NCBI GenBank assembly: GCA_964016885.1
Contig: OZ024758.1
Span: forward strand, 26,288,001 to 26,352,000
Direction of reading: 5' to 3'
Source: Eledone cirrhosa
Lineage: Eukaryota
DNA: 64,000 nt
Shown in pieces: positions 47,789-63,692 of this stretch (position 1 is its first letter; each line of letters opens with the position of its first letter). The translations under genes and the position numbers were made by a program. The notes below the pieces were generated by a model. It ran no database searches, was not told the DNA's origin, and saw only the letters and a program-made list of their open reading frames with translations.

Positions 47789-48118
47789 AAATTATATTCT
47801 TGCTCTTTACAACACCTGATGTTCTTACATTGAGCTATTTCTCTTAGTAATTAATTACTGACCTTTCCTGTTTATAGTTGTTTATAGTATATACATAACT
47901 ATAAATAGTATCTTTATTATTATATATATATATATATATGAGAGAGTGAGATGGATTGGGCATAGTAGCAGAAGTGTATACATAATAATTGTTTCTACAA
48001 GGCCAGCAATTACCCCAGTGCAATACTGGTACTTTATTTTATCGACCCCGTAAGGATGAAAGGCAAAGTTAACCTCAGCGGATTTGAACTCAGACCATAA
48101 AGAGCAAGTGTCCAACAA

Positions 48119-48165
<47 letters not shown>

Positions 48166-50231
48166 CCATGGTACTTTGGAAGATGGACATTAAACGATGA
48201 TGATGATATATATCATCATCGTTTAACGTCTATTTACCACGCTAACATGGATTAGACAATGATACACACACACACGCACGCACGCACACATGCACACACA
48301 CACACGCACGCACACACACACGCTAAACTGCATGGAATTAATTGGAGTAATATGATATACTAATAGGAAGAAACATTACAAACAGTTATCAAACAATAAC
48401 ATTACATAAATAACTAGCATTATGTTGTTGTTGCTGTTGTTGCTTAGTCCCAGTTAACCCCAGTGGAGCAGACCAATGATGAAAAGCACTGCAGCTGTCT
48501 GTGACAATCCTGCTTCTTTTTTTTCATGTCTATAACTATATTTCATGAATTTGGCTACTACATCTAGCAAGTCAGGATATCTTGTAGATGCTCCCTTATT
48601 CACTCATAAATTTTCCATTTTCTCCATATAAGTAATATATAAGAAATTGGCTTGTCCAAGCACAGTTAAAGGTTTTATTTCTGTGTATGAATTCAAAGGA
48701 AGACTTATTTACAGTAAATATAAGCTGACCAATTTTACTATCAATTTTTTTTTTTTTTTTTTTTTTTTGGTCACATATTTCAGTGCTTATATACGAGTAT
48801 ATATACGGTATGTTTGCATTCCACAGCTTCTATCAAACCCCCGTCAATTATTTCACTATACTACTGTATATATATTGTTTGCTTTCTCTAGCTAGTTGTG
48901 CAATATAAAGCCACTAGCAATCTCTTTGGCTATTGTCTACAACATGCCTGTCTTTTACCAATACACTCACAGCCACCCGAGGTTGACTTTGCCTTTCATC
49001 CTTACGGGGTCAATAAAATAAAGTACCAGTAATGTACTGGGTATTGCTGGCCTTGTGCCTAAAGTAGAAACAGTTATTTTTAGTTGTCTTCTACAGAGGC
49101 TTATGGGAAGATTTACACTCAACAGTCTAACCCATGGAAAGTGGACGTTAAACGAGGATGATGATGATGATGATGATGATTCATATATGAGCAAGACACG
49201 GTCACCTGACACAACTTGCCTCAAATGGGACAACCTGTTTAACCCATGCTAGTATGGAAAATGGTCATTAAACAATGATGATTCTATGTTAACAAAATGC
49301 TTATCAATTATTTACTCTTCTTACTGATTCCAACAGCAACATCTACCTCTGTATGGTGTCTATTTACATTAAGCAGACTGGAGTATTGAGAATTGCTTTT
49401 GCCATGGGTGAAATACATTATCTGTGACAGAACATAACTCATTAACTATTCCAGCCAGGATTTTGACATCATCTCAACTTCTCTGAGAAGCAGTTTTACG
49501 AGTGTCAAAAGAAACAACAGCATCAAAGGTATAAACACCCACACAAAGAAGAGTAAGAAAGACATGGGAGCAAAAGCTGACCTCAGGAATCTATACCTCA
49601 CAAACGAGATGACAAAAGGAAAAAAATAAATGGAGAGTTGCTGTATTGGAGAGGATTCCAGGCAAGCATAGAAAAATAGATGTAAAAACGATGATAATGA
49701 TGATAAAGACATAAGCATATATAGAAGTTAGACTATCTAATGTGTGTGGGAATCTATACTAGAATGTTCCATGCAGTTCACAATTCTACTTTATGACAAT
49801 ACACAATGTAGCAATATACACCTATTTCTGACATGTTAGTTTCTCCTTCTTTTGTAACTCGTATTGCAGGCCCTGCATATGTATTACCCACAAAACTCGT
49901 TCTCCCTAGTGTACCAGCTCTCTGAGATTTTCCTCCTCACTCATGTTTTTCATGTGTTTTTTTCGAATATAAGTAGACCTCCACCCCTCGTTTTATGTCT
50001 GAGAAATGGGCAAAAATACATACCTTGTTTATAAGTCGAGGCAACTAATCGACACATAAATATTGACCTCGAATATAAGCCAACCACCCCATTTTAACAT
50101 CGATCGTTTGGTCACATGTTCCTCAGCTTATATTCAAGTATATATATACAGCAAGTTAATGTAATAAATGTAAGGAGAAAAAAGATTGTTTGATTAGGAC
50201 AATGGAAGATTTATTGTAGGTATGATTGTTT

Positions 50232-50730
50232 TGATGGGAAGATTGTTAAGAAGGGAAGATTGTTAAGAAGGGAAGATTGTTTAGATGGGAAGATTGTTAA
50301 GAAGGGAAGATTGTTTAGAAGGGAAGATTGTTTAGAAGGGAAGATTGTTAAGAAGGGAAGATTGTTTAGATGGGAAGATTGTTAAGAAGGGAAGATTGTT
50401 AAGAAGGGAAGATTGTTAAGAAGGGAAGATTGTTTAGAAGGGAAGATTGTTTAGAAGAGAAGATTGTTTAGAAGGGAAGATTGTTTAGAAGGGAAGATTG
50501 TTAAGAAGGGAAGATTGTTTAGATGGGAAGATTGTTTAGAAGGGAAGATTGTTTAGAAGGGAAGATTGTTTAGAAGAGAAGATTGTTTAGATGGGAAGAT
50601 TGTTAAGAAGGGAAGATTTACTGAAGGTTTGATTAAGAAGGTATGATTGTTAAGAAGGGAAGATTTACTGAAGGTAGATTAAGAAGGGAAGATTGTTAAG
50701 AAGGTATGATTGTTAAGAAAGGAAGATTAA
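50232..50730. repeat. 17-18-bp minisatellite (gggaagattgtt(t)agaa)
   Basis: Read directly; decays at the right end. Confidence 0.93.
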
Positions 50731-51770
50731 ATGATAGAAACAAGAAAGTAGGAATTAACTCCAGAAAAAATATTTACTGAAGTAGGAATTAAGATAACAA
50801 TGGATATAGTTTGAAGAAGTAGTTAGTCATTTGATAAAATGGTAGACCATCAGATTAAAAGTTATGATAAAGTTACTTAAACACTACTCCAATAAAGATT
50901 ATACATGACAAAAATATTGTTTGTAAGTTAGAACTTAATCAGCTGTTGGGAACAAATGTAATAGGGTTTCTGATGTAGACACAAGGCCAACAATTTGAGG
51001 GGAGAGGAAAGTTGATTAACCCTTTAACATTCACATTACTCTATATATACTATTATATTTCCATGGTAAAAGCTTTACCTCACATAATTATCTCACATAA
51101 TATCGAATCTATGAGATTTTGAAAGCATTTATTTTGAGAACAATACTTTAACATCAGTATGAGTGGCTAGTTACAGCCAGTTTCAACAGAAAGAGGTAGA
51201 GAATTCTGGCCGGTTTTGGTCGGTTTGAACACTAAATGGTTAAATCGACCTCAGTGTATTACTGGTGCTTTATTTTATTGACCCCCGTAAGGATGAAAGG
51301 CAAAGGTAATCTCGGTGGGTGTCTTTCATTTACTGTCACTCACTTCTGCCTTTGTCTTTCTTTCCCCTCTTTTCCTCACCAGCGCATTACTGGTACTTCA
51401 TTTTATTAATCCCATAAGGATGAAATGCAAAGCTAACACCTCAGTGGGTGTCTTTTGTTTACTCTTACTCACTACTTCTATCTCTGTGTCTCTCTTCCTC
51501 TCTTTTCCTCTAACATAATGAAGAGAAAGAGATAAATATGAATTGATGTTGTGTCAACCTGTCAACTCTCCCTGTCCGAGGGGGGGGGGGGAGAAATCTC
51601 CCACCCACTTTGTGGTGGGTGAGAGATGCCTTCTCTTGTGAAAATGGGCATAGCTTTCATTATGTAAAATCTCCCCATTTTGGGGGCACTTTTTTTTCAT
51701 GGTACCCCCCCCCCCCCCCCCCGTTGGGTATTTAGAAGTTGGCAGTTCTGGCGTTAAGTAGGAATGCTGT

Positions 51771-52300
51771 ATCATCATCATCATCAACATCATCGTTTAA
51801 CGTCCATATTCCACGCTTGCATGGGTTTGGACGGGAATTTTCCCACTTGAGGCAAGATTGGTTGTCTTGCTCGGGACTGTCTGGCGGGTTTTCTATGGCT
51901 GGATGCCCTTCCTAACACCAACCACATTTACAGTGTGGACTGGGAGGTTTTTACTGTGTTACCTACACGGCCACATTACAGCGTGGACTGTGTGTTTTTT
52001 TTTGTCGTGACACCTACACGACCTCATTTGTTTCGGACTGGATGCTGTGGTACCAACATAACTTTACATCGAAAGGGGGTGGTGTGGATGGGGTGGGGGT
52101 AGTGGGACAGGGGTGTATTTTTGTTAGAGGTGCCTACTGACTGTAGCTTTCGCTTTGTACTTAGCAAGGCGGGTCTTCTGTATTACTGTGTAGCGCCAAA
52201 GATCTCGGTCCAGTGACATTGTCTTGGAGAGGTGTAAGTGTGTGAGGTCAGAATTTATCAAGTCGCCCCCCAGGTTTTTCTGGGTCTGCCTACTCCGTGG
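51771..52300 (-). mobile_element. RTE-tailed non-autonomous repeat family C (inverse copy 21450-21865)
   Basis: catcatcgtttaacgtcc tail, ggatgcccttcctaacaccaacc core and G-rich block. Partial copies at 3241, 17035, 44270, 47012 and 55822. Confidence 0.75.
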
Positions 52301-54559
52301 CTACCGTATGTGTAATGTAAACATTTTCCCTCCAAATATCAATGACCTCACCATTCTGAGAGGGCCTGCAAAGATTGTAAGTGCTGTCCTTCTAAACAAA
52401 TAATTTGTTTTAAAAAAAGTAGTATTATAATTGTTTCTACTTTAGGCACAAGGCCAGCAATTACCCAGTACATTACTGGTACTTTATTTTATCGACCCCG
52501 TAAGGATGAAAGGCAAAATATTTCAGCATTATAACAACTGGCATAATCTCTACATATAGCTGACAAGAGGACTCCACAGACAAGGAAGACTATTTCTATT
52601 TAGCGCTGGTAAATACTAACTGAAAGGTGGACATTACAGATAGTGGACATCATAGAGATGTAGTATAGGATTTTAATGACCACAACAGTGTACTTGAAGC
52701 TTATGTTTCTGTCTCAAGGAATGGTGGAAAGTGTTAACCCTTTACCATTTACATTAATCTATATATACTATAGTATTTTTGTTGTAAAGGTTTTATGTTA
52801 CATAATTATCTCACATAATATTGAATATGAGATTTTGATGTCATTCATTTCAAGAACTATACTTTAACGTCAGGATGAGCCTCCAGTTACAGCTGGTTTG
52901 AACAGAAAGGGATGAGAGAATTCTGGCCAGATATGGCCGGTTTAAATGCCAAAGAGTTAAAGGACAATACAAATGAAGATATGGGAAAAAGCTGTATAGC
53001 AAAGAACTATGTAAAAACTAGACAAAATGGTGGATGTCAAGTTAACTTTACTGAGGAAGGTGGTGGTTAAAACAGGAGATTTTGCTACTGTACAATGATG
53101 AAAGAATCCGCAAAGTTTTATAAAATTGTGAGAATGTGTCAAAATAAATGAGGAAGTCAAACAAACACAATATTAGGGGCAATATCCTATCCAAAGCAGA
53201 GACAAAATCAGAGTCATCATTGCAAAAAAATATAAGAATAGTAAAAAAAACAAAAAAAAGATATTGTAACACACCATGGAACATATGAATTAATCTGTCA
53301 GTCTATACTACTGGATGATTAATCATCTGGTAGAGAGACACATACACACACAAACAATGATAGATAAATACTAAGAGATGCTTGAATATAAAATGAAGCC
53401 ATTTATTGAAATTATAATGTGTGTGTATATATATATATATATATGTATCATCATTATCACCATCATCATGATGATATATACATATATATATATACACACA
53501 CATACATGTATGTGTGTATGTATGTAGGTATAAGTATGTACACACATATATGTAGGCATGTGTACATACATGTATAACACGCATACATTATGCATACATA
53601 CATCAGGCATGTGTGCATACGTACATAACATATATGGTGGCTGCCAACTCGTTTTCGAGTACGGCCACTACTTTATATCCATGTAGGAGAACGCCTACCG
53701 ATGCACTGAACGAGTGTGACTTTTTAGTCCAGCCAGCGACTTGAAAACTCTGGTAGAAACACTACACTTGTGACAATTATTGACACATAGTGCTGGGCCC
53801 ATGGTACCATGTGACGACAAGTGCAGAGAGATCTCCAGATATAAAGCAATGCCTGTGCGGTGAAGCTTTTATAGTGAGCAAAGGCACTGCACAAAGCCAG
53901 TCCCACTCGCTTAACCAAGATGATATTTACCAAAAAGAAGAACAAGTCAACATCATTGGATACCATCAGGGTTGTAGGTGTTATATCAGAGTTTTCCTTC
54001 TCCTAGAATTCTGCCTTGACAAAGGCTAAGGGGTCATCTCTCCCGGTGATTTTGGATGGTCATTGACTCTTAAGAGCTCCTTTGCCCTTTGACAGGTTTT
54101 GTTTTTAGTCCTGCAGGATGTCCAAAGTCACCCTCCTCACCAAGAAACCTTGGTGGGGTTGCCAGTTTAGTCGCCAATAACCCGACCATGAGACATATAT
54201 ACACACATACATGCACACATACAAACACACATACATACATACATACACACACATACATACATACATACATAACAAACATACATACATACACACACACATA
54301 CATACATACATAACACATCATATATGCATACATATAATATTCTATCTCCCAGCACAGTTTGTATTTTTACTAAGTCAGATGTTCATAGATCACCCGATTA
54401 TCTTAGTCAGCAGAATAAAGAGAACAGTAAACATGTTTTGCTGTTTACAACACTGGTGTATATTACAGGTGTATAGAAACAACTGACGTATCAACAAATG
54501 TTTCAATTTGTTACCTTTCAAAATAAACTTTAAAATTATGAAAATATGTTGTTATAGAC

Positions 54560-55040
54560 AGCATTCAGTAATGAGAAGAAGGGAAGCAGGCATAAAAGCC
54601 AAACTCACTGTCTTCAATTTGGTTTTCATGCCAAATCTTACCCATGGTCACGAATCTTGGGTAATAACCGAAAGAATACGATCGCGAATACAAGCAGACG
54701 AAATAGGATTCCTCTGTAGGGTCTTTGGAGTAATGTTACTCAATAGAGTGAATAACTCGGTGATCAGAGTGTCACTCCAGGTTACTTTTCTGAATTGAGA
54801 GATCAGATATGATGATACTATGAGTATGTGGTGAGAGTGTCTCAGGAAAGAATAGCTGGACAGATTTTACGGGCAAGAGACCCAAGGGTAGACCCCGAGC
54901 AAGATGGTTGGATAACATCCATGAGCATGGCTGGTCATGCTTGGGGATCCAACAGGATCAGTTGGAGATGGTTGCTTCTGACAGGACCCACTGGCAGGAG
55001 TGTTTGAGGACTCTGCCCCCACAACTCTCTTTGGAAGAGT
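54560..55040 (+). mobile_element. Degenerate RTE-clade LINE 3' fragment (second family)
   Basis: KAKLTVFNLVFMPNLTHGHESWVITERIRSRIQADEIGFLCRV followed by RPKGRPRARW. Confidence 0.78.
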
Positions 55041-55748
55041 GGACAAAGAAGAAGATGCTGTTATAGTAATTATTTGGATTAATGTTTCTTAGTTATGTGC
55101 AATGTAAATGTGAGAGAAAGGCAGAGCATGGGAGAACAGAAGGAGAAACTGGGTTTAAGAGTAATCTGAAGTGGTGTGTAGGAGAGAAAACTGCATTGGT
55201 ATGGACATGTGATGCGCATGGATGATGATTGCTGGGTGAAGAAGTGCCAAGAAATCCCAGTAGAGGTAGGCCAAGAAAGACTTGGGCAGAGGTTGTGAGA
55301 GCTGATCTCAAATTGCTGAGATTCTGGAATTTGTTGTCAAAGTGGAAGGAGCTCAGCCATTGGGCCCCAATTCTTATACACACACACACACACAGAGGGT
55401 TGATAAAGAAAGACAGAGGAAGAATCAACCTAAAAGGATGAAAGGCAAAATGGATAATGGCAGGATTTAAACTCAGACCAGAGTGAGCCAGAACAAACAC
55501 CAAACCATTTTTAATCCAATGTCTTAATGACTGTCAATTTGTGACCCTACAATGATACATAATTACAGCTAATGCAACGAGACTGTTAAAATTAAAATCA
55601 AGTCACATATTGAAAATTTATCGTCCATGACTTTATCTTGTCCATAAAATGGCTTAGCTGGGAAATCAACCACTGGAAGACTGTTTAGCTTGGAAAATAC
55701 AACTTAGAAATTTTGGCTGGAAAAATGTAGCTAAGAATATGCTTCAGA

Positions 55749-55789
<41 letters not shown>

Positions 55790-56924
55790 CGAAACATAAG
55801 TCAATTGCATGACATATATATACGGTAAAAAGTTCCCAGTCCCACACTGTAAATGTGGTTGGTGTTAGGAAGAGCATCCAGCCATAGAAAACCTGCCAGA
55901 TAGTCCTATATGAGCGAGACACGGTCACCCGACCAACCTTGCCTCAAGTGGGACAACTCCCGTTTAACCCATGCTAGCGTGGAAGATGGACGTTAAATGA
56001 AGATGATGATGACGATGATATATATATAAACTTGGGAAAATTTACAAAGATGGGACAAGACATGTATTATGATTATGACTACACAGAAGCTGAAAATAAC
56101 AACTAGGTCAAAATCAAAACTTTATGGTTTTCAAATCTCCATATTCTCCTCTTTACAGTTTCTAACCCCTAAACCTTTTTACAGTAAAGGCTAAATATAA
56201 ATATTCTTATACAGAATCAAACGACTATGTTAATATGAACAAACCATGCAAGCATGGAAAAACAGACATAAAAACGACGATGATGATGATATAACATGAT
56301 TGTAGAAGTAGCCCCCTTTTTTTTTTTTTGCATGGTTAACTGAATACCTGGAATATAAAGAGACTACAATTCATTACTTAAAAGAAAATAATACAAATAT
56401 CAGCTGCAAAATTCCTGAAGCATATACTATCAAATATAAGATGTCAGATAAAAGTTCAGTCATTGAAATAATTGTTTCTATTTTAGGCACAAGGCCAGCA
56501 ATTATCCAGTACATTACTGGTACTTTATTTTATCGACCCCGTAAGGATGAAAGGCAAAGTTAACCTCGGCGGGATTTGAACTCAGATCATAAAGGGACGT
56601 AACTCTATGCTTCAACGCATGGTGTCCGACTCTCTACCGATACGGCCAATCCACCGCCCTCAGTCATTGAAATAATGGTTTCTGATTTAGGCACAAGGCC
56701 AGCAATTTTCGAGAGAGGGGGAAAGTCAATTAAATCAACCCCAGTGCATTACTGATGTGTTATTTTATCAACCCCATAAGGATGAAAGGCAAATCTAACC
56801 TCAATGGGATTTGAACTCAAAACGTAAAGGACTGTAACTCTATGCCACAAAGCATGTTGTCCAATGCTCTACCAATTTTGTAAATCCATCACCCTTACCA
56901 GCCATTGAAATAACACAAATAAAT

Positions 56925-57230
56925 ACAGTGGAACCTTGGTTCACGAATAAATCGGTTCATGAACAATTTTTCCGAAAATAAAACGTCTCAGTTCATGGAC
57001 ATTGTCTTGAGTAACGACCACACAAACTAGCAACAAGCTTGGAGTATTGACAGGAACGCATCACTTGCTATGTAGTTAGTTACCATGGTAATATCTATGT
57101 CTTTCACACACAGACTCTCTCTCTCTCTCTCACTGTATTTCTCTCTCAACATTTCCTATGGGAAAAATAGTTTTGGTTTACGAACATTTTGAGTGACTAA
57201 CGGCTTTCAGGAACAAAATAAGTTCATATC
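56925..57230. mobile_element. Tigger/pogo-like MITE remnant
   Basis: TA-CAGTGGAACCTTGGTTCACGAA terminus with internal GGTT-ACGAAC subrepeats; the right end is decayed. Confidence 0.45.
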
Positions 57231-59664
57231 TTGAAATACTAAAACAACTCAAGGAGAATATTTTTAAAGTTTCTATAACTATCATTCATTCAATCAACAA
57301 CCTCCTTGCTGTAGTCAATAGCAACAAAGATAAGAAATAATGTATAATAAACACAGTATGCATAACATCCATCCTTTTACGGATGGATGAAGGATGCTAG
57401 AGAAATGTGACCTTCAAATGTTGAAGCAATGAACTTAGAGAAAATTTAAATATCAACTCTTAATAAAAACAAAGAAACAGCAAAGAAAACAAGGAATCTA
57501 AACTCAAATATTGCAACAACAAAAAAAAAAGTGAAAATAAATACAAGGTAATGTTTTTAACTCACATACATATTTTTTTCTGTTTGTATTAAATTTACAA
57601 ATAAATGTGCATGCCTTCACAATTTCATATTGTGTATCAGTTCATCTGTAAAATCTTAACTTTTTCTTTCTTTAGCTTAAAACTGTTCTATGGAGAAAAT
57701 TTATAATTATTTTGATGGAATTCTTCATTTATCATATCATCATCCATTCATATAATATCAGAAATTGTTTATTTAGCCTGAAATTTCAAAAAGTCTACTA
57801 AAACATTTTCTCAATAATTACAACTACTTGCTCTCAGTACATATTATTTCTTCATTTAACACACAATCAAATATTAACATAGGGTTTTTTAATAGATCAC
57901 ATCAAAAATAATTTCTCCTTAGTTTCCATTGGTTGTAGAAGTTATATACTCCCAAAGTGCTCTTTGTCCCACTGAACCAGACACTGCATTTTTATTAACT
58001 CAGTTTGCCTGGCTGATAATAGGGTTTTTCATATAATTCAATTTCGAGTTGCTTGGTGGTTACAGAATTGGATTTACAATCCTTAGGTTGTGAGTTCTAT
58101 TCTTAGACTGGGAATGTGTTATGTCCTTGAGCAAGACACTTTATTTCATGTTGCTCCTTCTGTCAGGAGTAGTGACAGGTACATAATATCAGCAATGGAA
58201 ACATTGTTTCCTTGGTCTGATTTGACAAGCTCCACCCCACTTGGTAAGCAAATGAGGACTGGGATCTTGTCGATTGATTCCTTTTAATGAGTAGTATGAC
58301 ATCCTACTGAAAGGAAGTTAAATGTAAAAAAAAATATGACAACAATCACTCCAATAAAACACACACCACCTATTCTAGTATGAAAGAATATATGTAAAAC
58401 ATATATGTGGGGTAGGGCATACATCTGCAAGACAATTTTTCATACAGATACTATAGAGTATCAACAGAAGAACAGTTTCCTAAATATATTTAATTTCCTG
58501 AAAATGTTTTAAATAATTTGATCCCTAATTATCATACAATCATTGGCTCCACTGTTAGTACTAATAAGGTAAAATACCCCTTTCAATTACATATGACCAT
58601 GGGATTTGCACCTAGAAAGTTCCCTCCGAGGCACAAGTCCAGGAAAGATTGTCTGTGGCTTCTACAGCTGGATGCCCTTCCTAACGCCAACCACATTTAC
58701 TTTAAATACAGGATAATTTCCTATAACATGTAGAAATTAATCATTATTAAGAATGCTTAAATAATATAAGTTGAATTTCTATGGCATGCTTCCACTACAA
58801 TCATCATAATCCTTTTGCAGCCATTTTCCACTGCTGGCATAGGTTAGATGGGCCTCACAATGTCAATTATATCCTTTCTTATAATTTAATCCATCTAGAT
58901 TTAATAGTATTATCTAGATATACCATTGTTTGCCAAACAGATTAATGAAATGGTCATTTTAAAAAGAAATAATACTGATTTCTAGCACTGGCATAAAACC
59001 ACAAACAAGAGGTGTGAGGTGGTGGGGTACAGTCAATTAAATTAACCTGCCATTGATTGGTGCTTATTTTAATGACTACATCAAGATGAAAAGTTAAGTC
59101 AATAAGACAGGATTTGGACTGAGAGTGGAAAGAGATGTATGTAACAGAACACTGCAAGTCATGTAGTAAGATATCATCATTATTATCGTGGATTGGCAGT
59201 GTTGGTAGAGAGTAAGACGCCATGTTTTGCAGCATAGACTTATGGCCCTTTACGTTCTGAGTTCAAATCCCTCCGAGGTTAACTTTGCCTTTCGTCCTTA
59301 CGAGGTCGATAAAATAAAGCACTAGTAAATCACTGGGGTAATTACTGGTCTTGTGCCAAAAGTAGAAACAATTATTATTATCATCATCACATCACTGTTT
59401 AATATCCATTTTCCCATGCAAGCATGGGTTAGACAAGTTTTCCTGTTGTGAGACAAGTCGATCAGTTGACCATGTCTTGCTAGCTATCCACAACTCTTTG
59501 CAGGTGATACAACAAGTTCTTTAGTATTGGTTCTACTATAAAATGCAGCCAATACACTATGTAATGGGTTTGGCAATAGGAATGGCATCAAGTCAAACAT
59601 ATCTTGCTAAAAATATGTAATGTATGAATGATATGTGGTGTCCAACCTGTCTAAGAGGGTATTA

Positions 59665-59863
59665 AGTTCAAATAAGGGCCAACTCAAGTTCAAATAAGGG
59701 CTGACTCAAGTTCAAATAAGGACTGACTCAAGTTCAAATAAGGGCTGAATCAAGTTCAAATAAGGACTGGCTCAAGTTCAAATAAGGACTGACTCAAGTT
59801 CAAATAAGGGCCGACTCAAGTTCAAATAAGGACTGACTCAAGTTTAAATAAGGACTGAATCAA
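59665..59863. repeat. 22-23-bp tandem repeat x about 9
   Basis: ctcaagttcaaataagg(a/g)ctga repeated. Confidence 0.92.
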
Positions 59864-62637
59864 ACTGTGATGACCAGTCAAACCCATGCCAACATGGATA
59901 AGTAGATTCTAAAAGATGATGATAATTACATGCTCATGGTTTCTTCATAAATGGATACCCCACCACCACCACCATGCCTGATCTTCTCCTCACAAATCTG
60001 TATATCAAGGGTGAATGTAGTTCCAAAGGTACTTGCACCAAAGAACTTCTCTTCTGTAAATATGTTCTTGCAATATGTTAAGCAATAGCTTCTCAATGTC
60101 TTCATTAATTGATTCAGTCTTACTCATCTTCTCTACTCATGTATTCCCATGAGCTATGCCAGGTAAAGTTCTTCTTAGTACAGAAACATAAAAAGAAATG
60201 TTCAAAGGATATCTTGGTAATGAATAGTTAAATAACACATGCAAAATGATGATATATCAACTAATACACTTATCCAAATATACCTACCTGACCATTAGAA
60301 AAAAAAAACCCAGACTTTTTAACACTATTCTATTAGAATGAAGCAGTTTCATTTTAGAATTAAGCTTTACAGAAGAATTTTGAAAGTGAAATGGATATCC
60401 AAGTTTATAAGTACTGACAGCCTTTGATATGTGTCTGCTGTGTGAGAAATATATAATTCTGGCCAAGAGTTAGTTTTGGTTCCCTATGCTGACTAGTTGT
60501 GTGGGAGTTAGAGCCTGCGTTTGTGATTATTTTCTTTTGCTTATATTCAAATAAATTTAGAAGATTATATTTGGCTTCTCTATAACCCAAATAACATTCC
60601 CAAATTCTTGGAATGTTTTGAAAAACCTGTATTTCTCTTTGAAGAGACAGTAGTTATAATCCAAGATATATGTGGTTTGATTTTTATATATAACAAATAT
60701 AAGGTGCTTTGCTCTACTCATCTGTTGTACTATACTTAATTCTGATTGTATCATCATATATTAACATGTCTTTCTCATTGTTGTTGATGCTGTTCTAGCA
60801 TGACAACTGTATTACAGTATATAGGATTGTTAGTATCGGTAGAGTGTCAGACATCATGCTTTGGAGCATAGAGTTACGGCCTTTTACATTTTGAGTTCAA
60901 ATCCCGCTGGGGTTAACTTTACCTCTTATCCTTATGGGGTCGATAAAATAAAACACCAGTAATGCACTGGGGTAATTGCTGACTTTGTCCAAAAGTAGAA
61001 ACAATTATTACTGAATATAGGGCGGTAGATTGGCAGTATCAGTAGAGTATCAGACACCATGCTTTGCAGCATAGAGTGACGGCTCTTTACGGTCTGAGTT
61101 CACTTTGCCTTTCATCCTTACGGGGACCGATAAAATAAAGTACCAGTAATGTACTGGGATAATTGCTGACTTTATGCCAAAAGTAGAAACAATTATTACC
61201 ATTAATTCTCAAATATAAGCCAAATAAATTGTGACCAAAAAATATTTTGATGATTTTCACCAACTTCAAATTCTACATAAAAAATGTTTGAATTTTTGTC
61301 CCTTTCTCAAATATCAGTAACAATTTTAACCCCCAACCTAATATTATTATTTACTGCCTTGAGAGCGGTGGATTGGCAGTATTGGTAGAGGGTCGGAAGC
61401 CATGCTTTCCAGCATAGTTACGTCCCTTTACGATCTGAGTTCAAATCCCGCCGAGGTTGACTTTGCCTTTCATCCTTACGGGGTCGATAAAATAAAGTAC
61501 CAGTAATGCACTGGGTAATTGCTGGCCTTGTACCAAAAGTAGAAACAATTATTTACTGTATATATTTGAATATAAGCCGAGGAATATGTAGCCAAAAGAT
61601 CAATGGTAAAATGGGGGGTACTTATATTCGAGTATATAGGGTAAATAACAATAATATTAGGTTGAGAGAAAAAATTGTTAGTGATATCTGTACAGTTAGC
61701 CTTGATTAAGTATACATACATAAGAACAAAGGCATTCCGGTTACAATCATCCCATCCTTCTCTCAGGTATTATCCAATATGTCCTATCCTGTCTTCAAGA
61801 TAGTAAATTGTAATTTGAGAAAACATTGGCTGCTATTTGTAGCAGGACAAGAGCCAGATGGTTAGACTTGATTGAGCAGACATACTTAAGAACTAAGGCA
61901 TTCCAGCTATGATCATCCCATCCTTCTCTCTGGTATTATCCAATGTATTCTGTCTTCGAGATAGTAAATTGTAACTTAAGAAAATATTGGCTGCTATTTG
62001 TAGCAAGTCAAGCAGGCAGAAAGAAGCTCTCTCTTGTTGGCTCGTAAGAGTTTGAAAATTGTTTCTGATTTTGTGTTTGTTTACCAGATGGGCGGCTTAA
62101 TCTTGGATGTGTACTTTAAATCAATATCATAGATAAATCTTAGTCTAAGTTGCCAGCTATAGCTACTACCTATTTCAATGCCTTCACAGTCTAATTCGAA
62201 CTTATGGGATAACCATAATAAACATATGATGTCTGTTTATGTGGTTATCAATATCCATTAACACTTAACCATGCAATTTATTTTCCCTCACAAATAATCG
62301 AGAACTTACACAGAACAAGAAACACAAGAAATAATAAATATTCTTAATATCTTAATATCATCAAATATAGCCTTCCATTATTATTGCTACACACCACCAT
62401 CTGTGCTACAAATACACCACCTATACGAAGTAATATTTGCTATTGGTATTCTTATTCTTATAGTTGAAAATATTTTAATTTACTGTCTAAATGTTCAAAT
62501 ACTAGCTAAATATTTTTACAGCATTCTGTGAACAATATAGCTCCATGGTTTCTACAATGGACCAACCACTGGTTCACTGCTTTTACTTTTACGATAGCAG
62601 GAGTGACCAGGGAGTATCTGTGCAGGTCAAGTGGAAC

Positions 62638-62996
<359 letters not shown>

Positions 62997-63016
62997 ATAT
63001 ATATATATACCTCAAT

Positions 63017-63019
<3 letters not shown>

Positions 63020-63112
<93 letters not shown>

Positions 63113-63147
63113 GAATATATATGTATATATATATATATATATGAATA

Positions 63148-63210
<63 letters not shown>

Positions 63211-63267
63211 GAATATATATGTATATATATATATAATATGAATATATATATATATATATATATAATA

Positions 63268-63326
<59 letters not shown>

Positions 63327-63383
63327 GAATATATATGTATATATATATATAATATGAATATATATATATATATATATATAATA

Positions 63384-63430
<47 letters not shown>

Positions 63431-63443
63431 TATATATATAATA

Positions 63444-63516
<73 letters not shown>

Positions 63517-63543
63517 GAATATATATATATATATATAATATGA

Positions 63544-63574
<31 letters not shown>

Positions 63575-63576
63575 GA

Positions 63577-63607
<31 letters not shown>

Positions 63608-63661
63608 GAATATATATATATATATATATAATATGAATATATATATATATATATAATATGA

Positions 63662-63692
<31 letters not shown>

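Noticed and set aside
52075-52115. G-quadruplex regulatory element
   Set aside because: The G-runs are an internal part of repeat family C (also at 21519-21563), with no locus-specific evidence.
52960-53300. CR1-like LINE endonuclease fragment (and RT-like scrap at 49330-49690)
   Set aside because: Only faint motif resemblance (e.g. GDF); too decayed to call.
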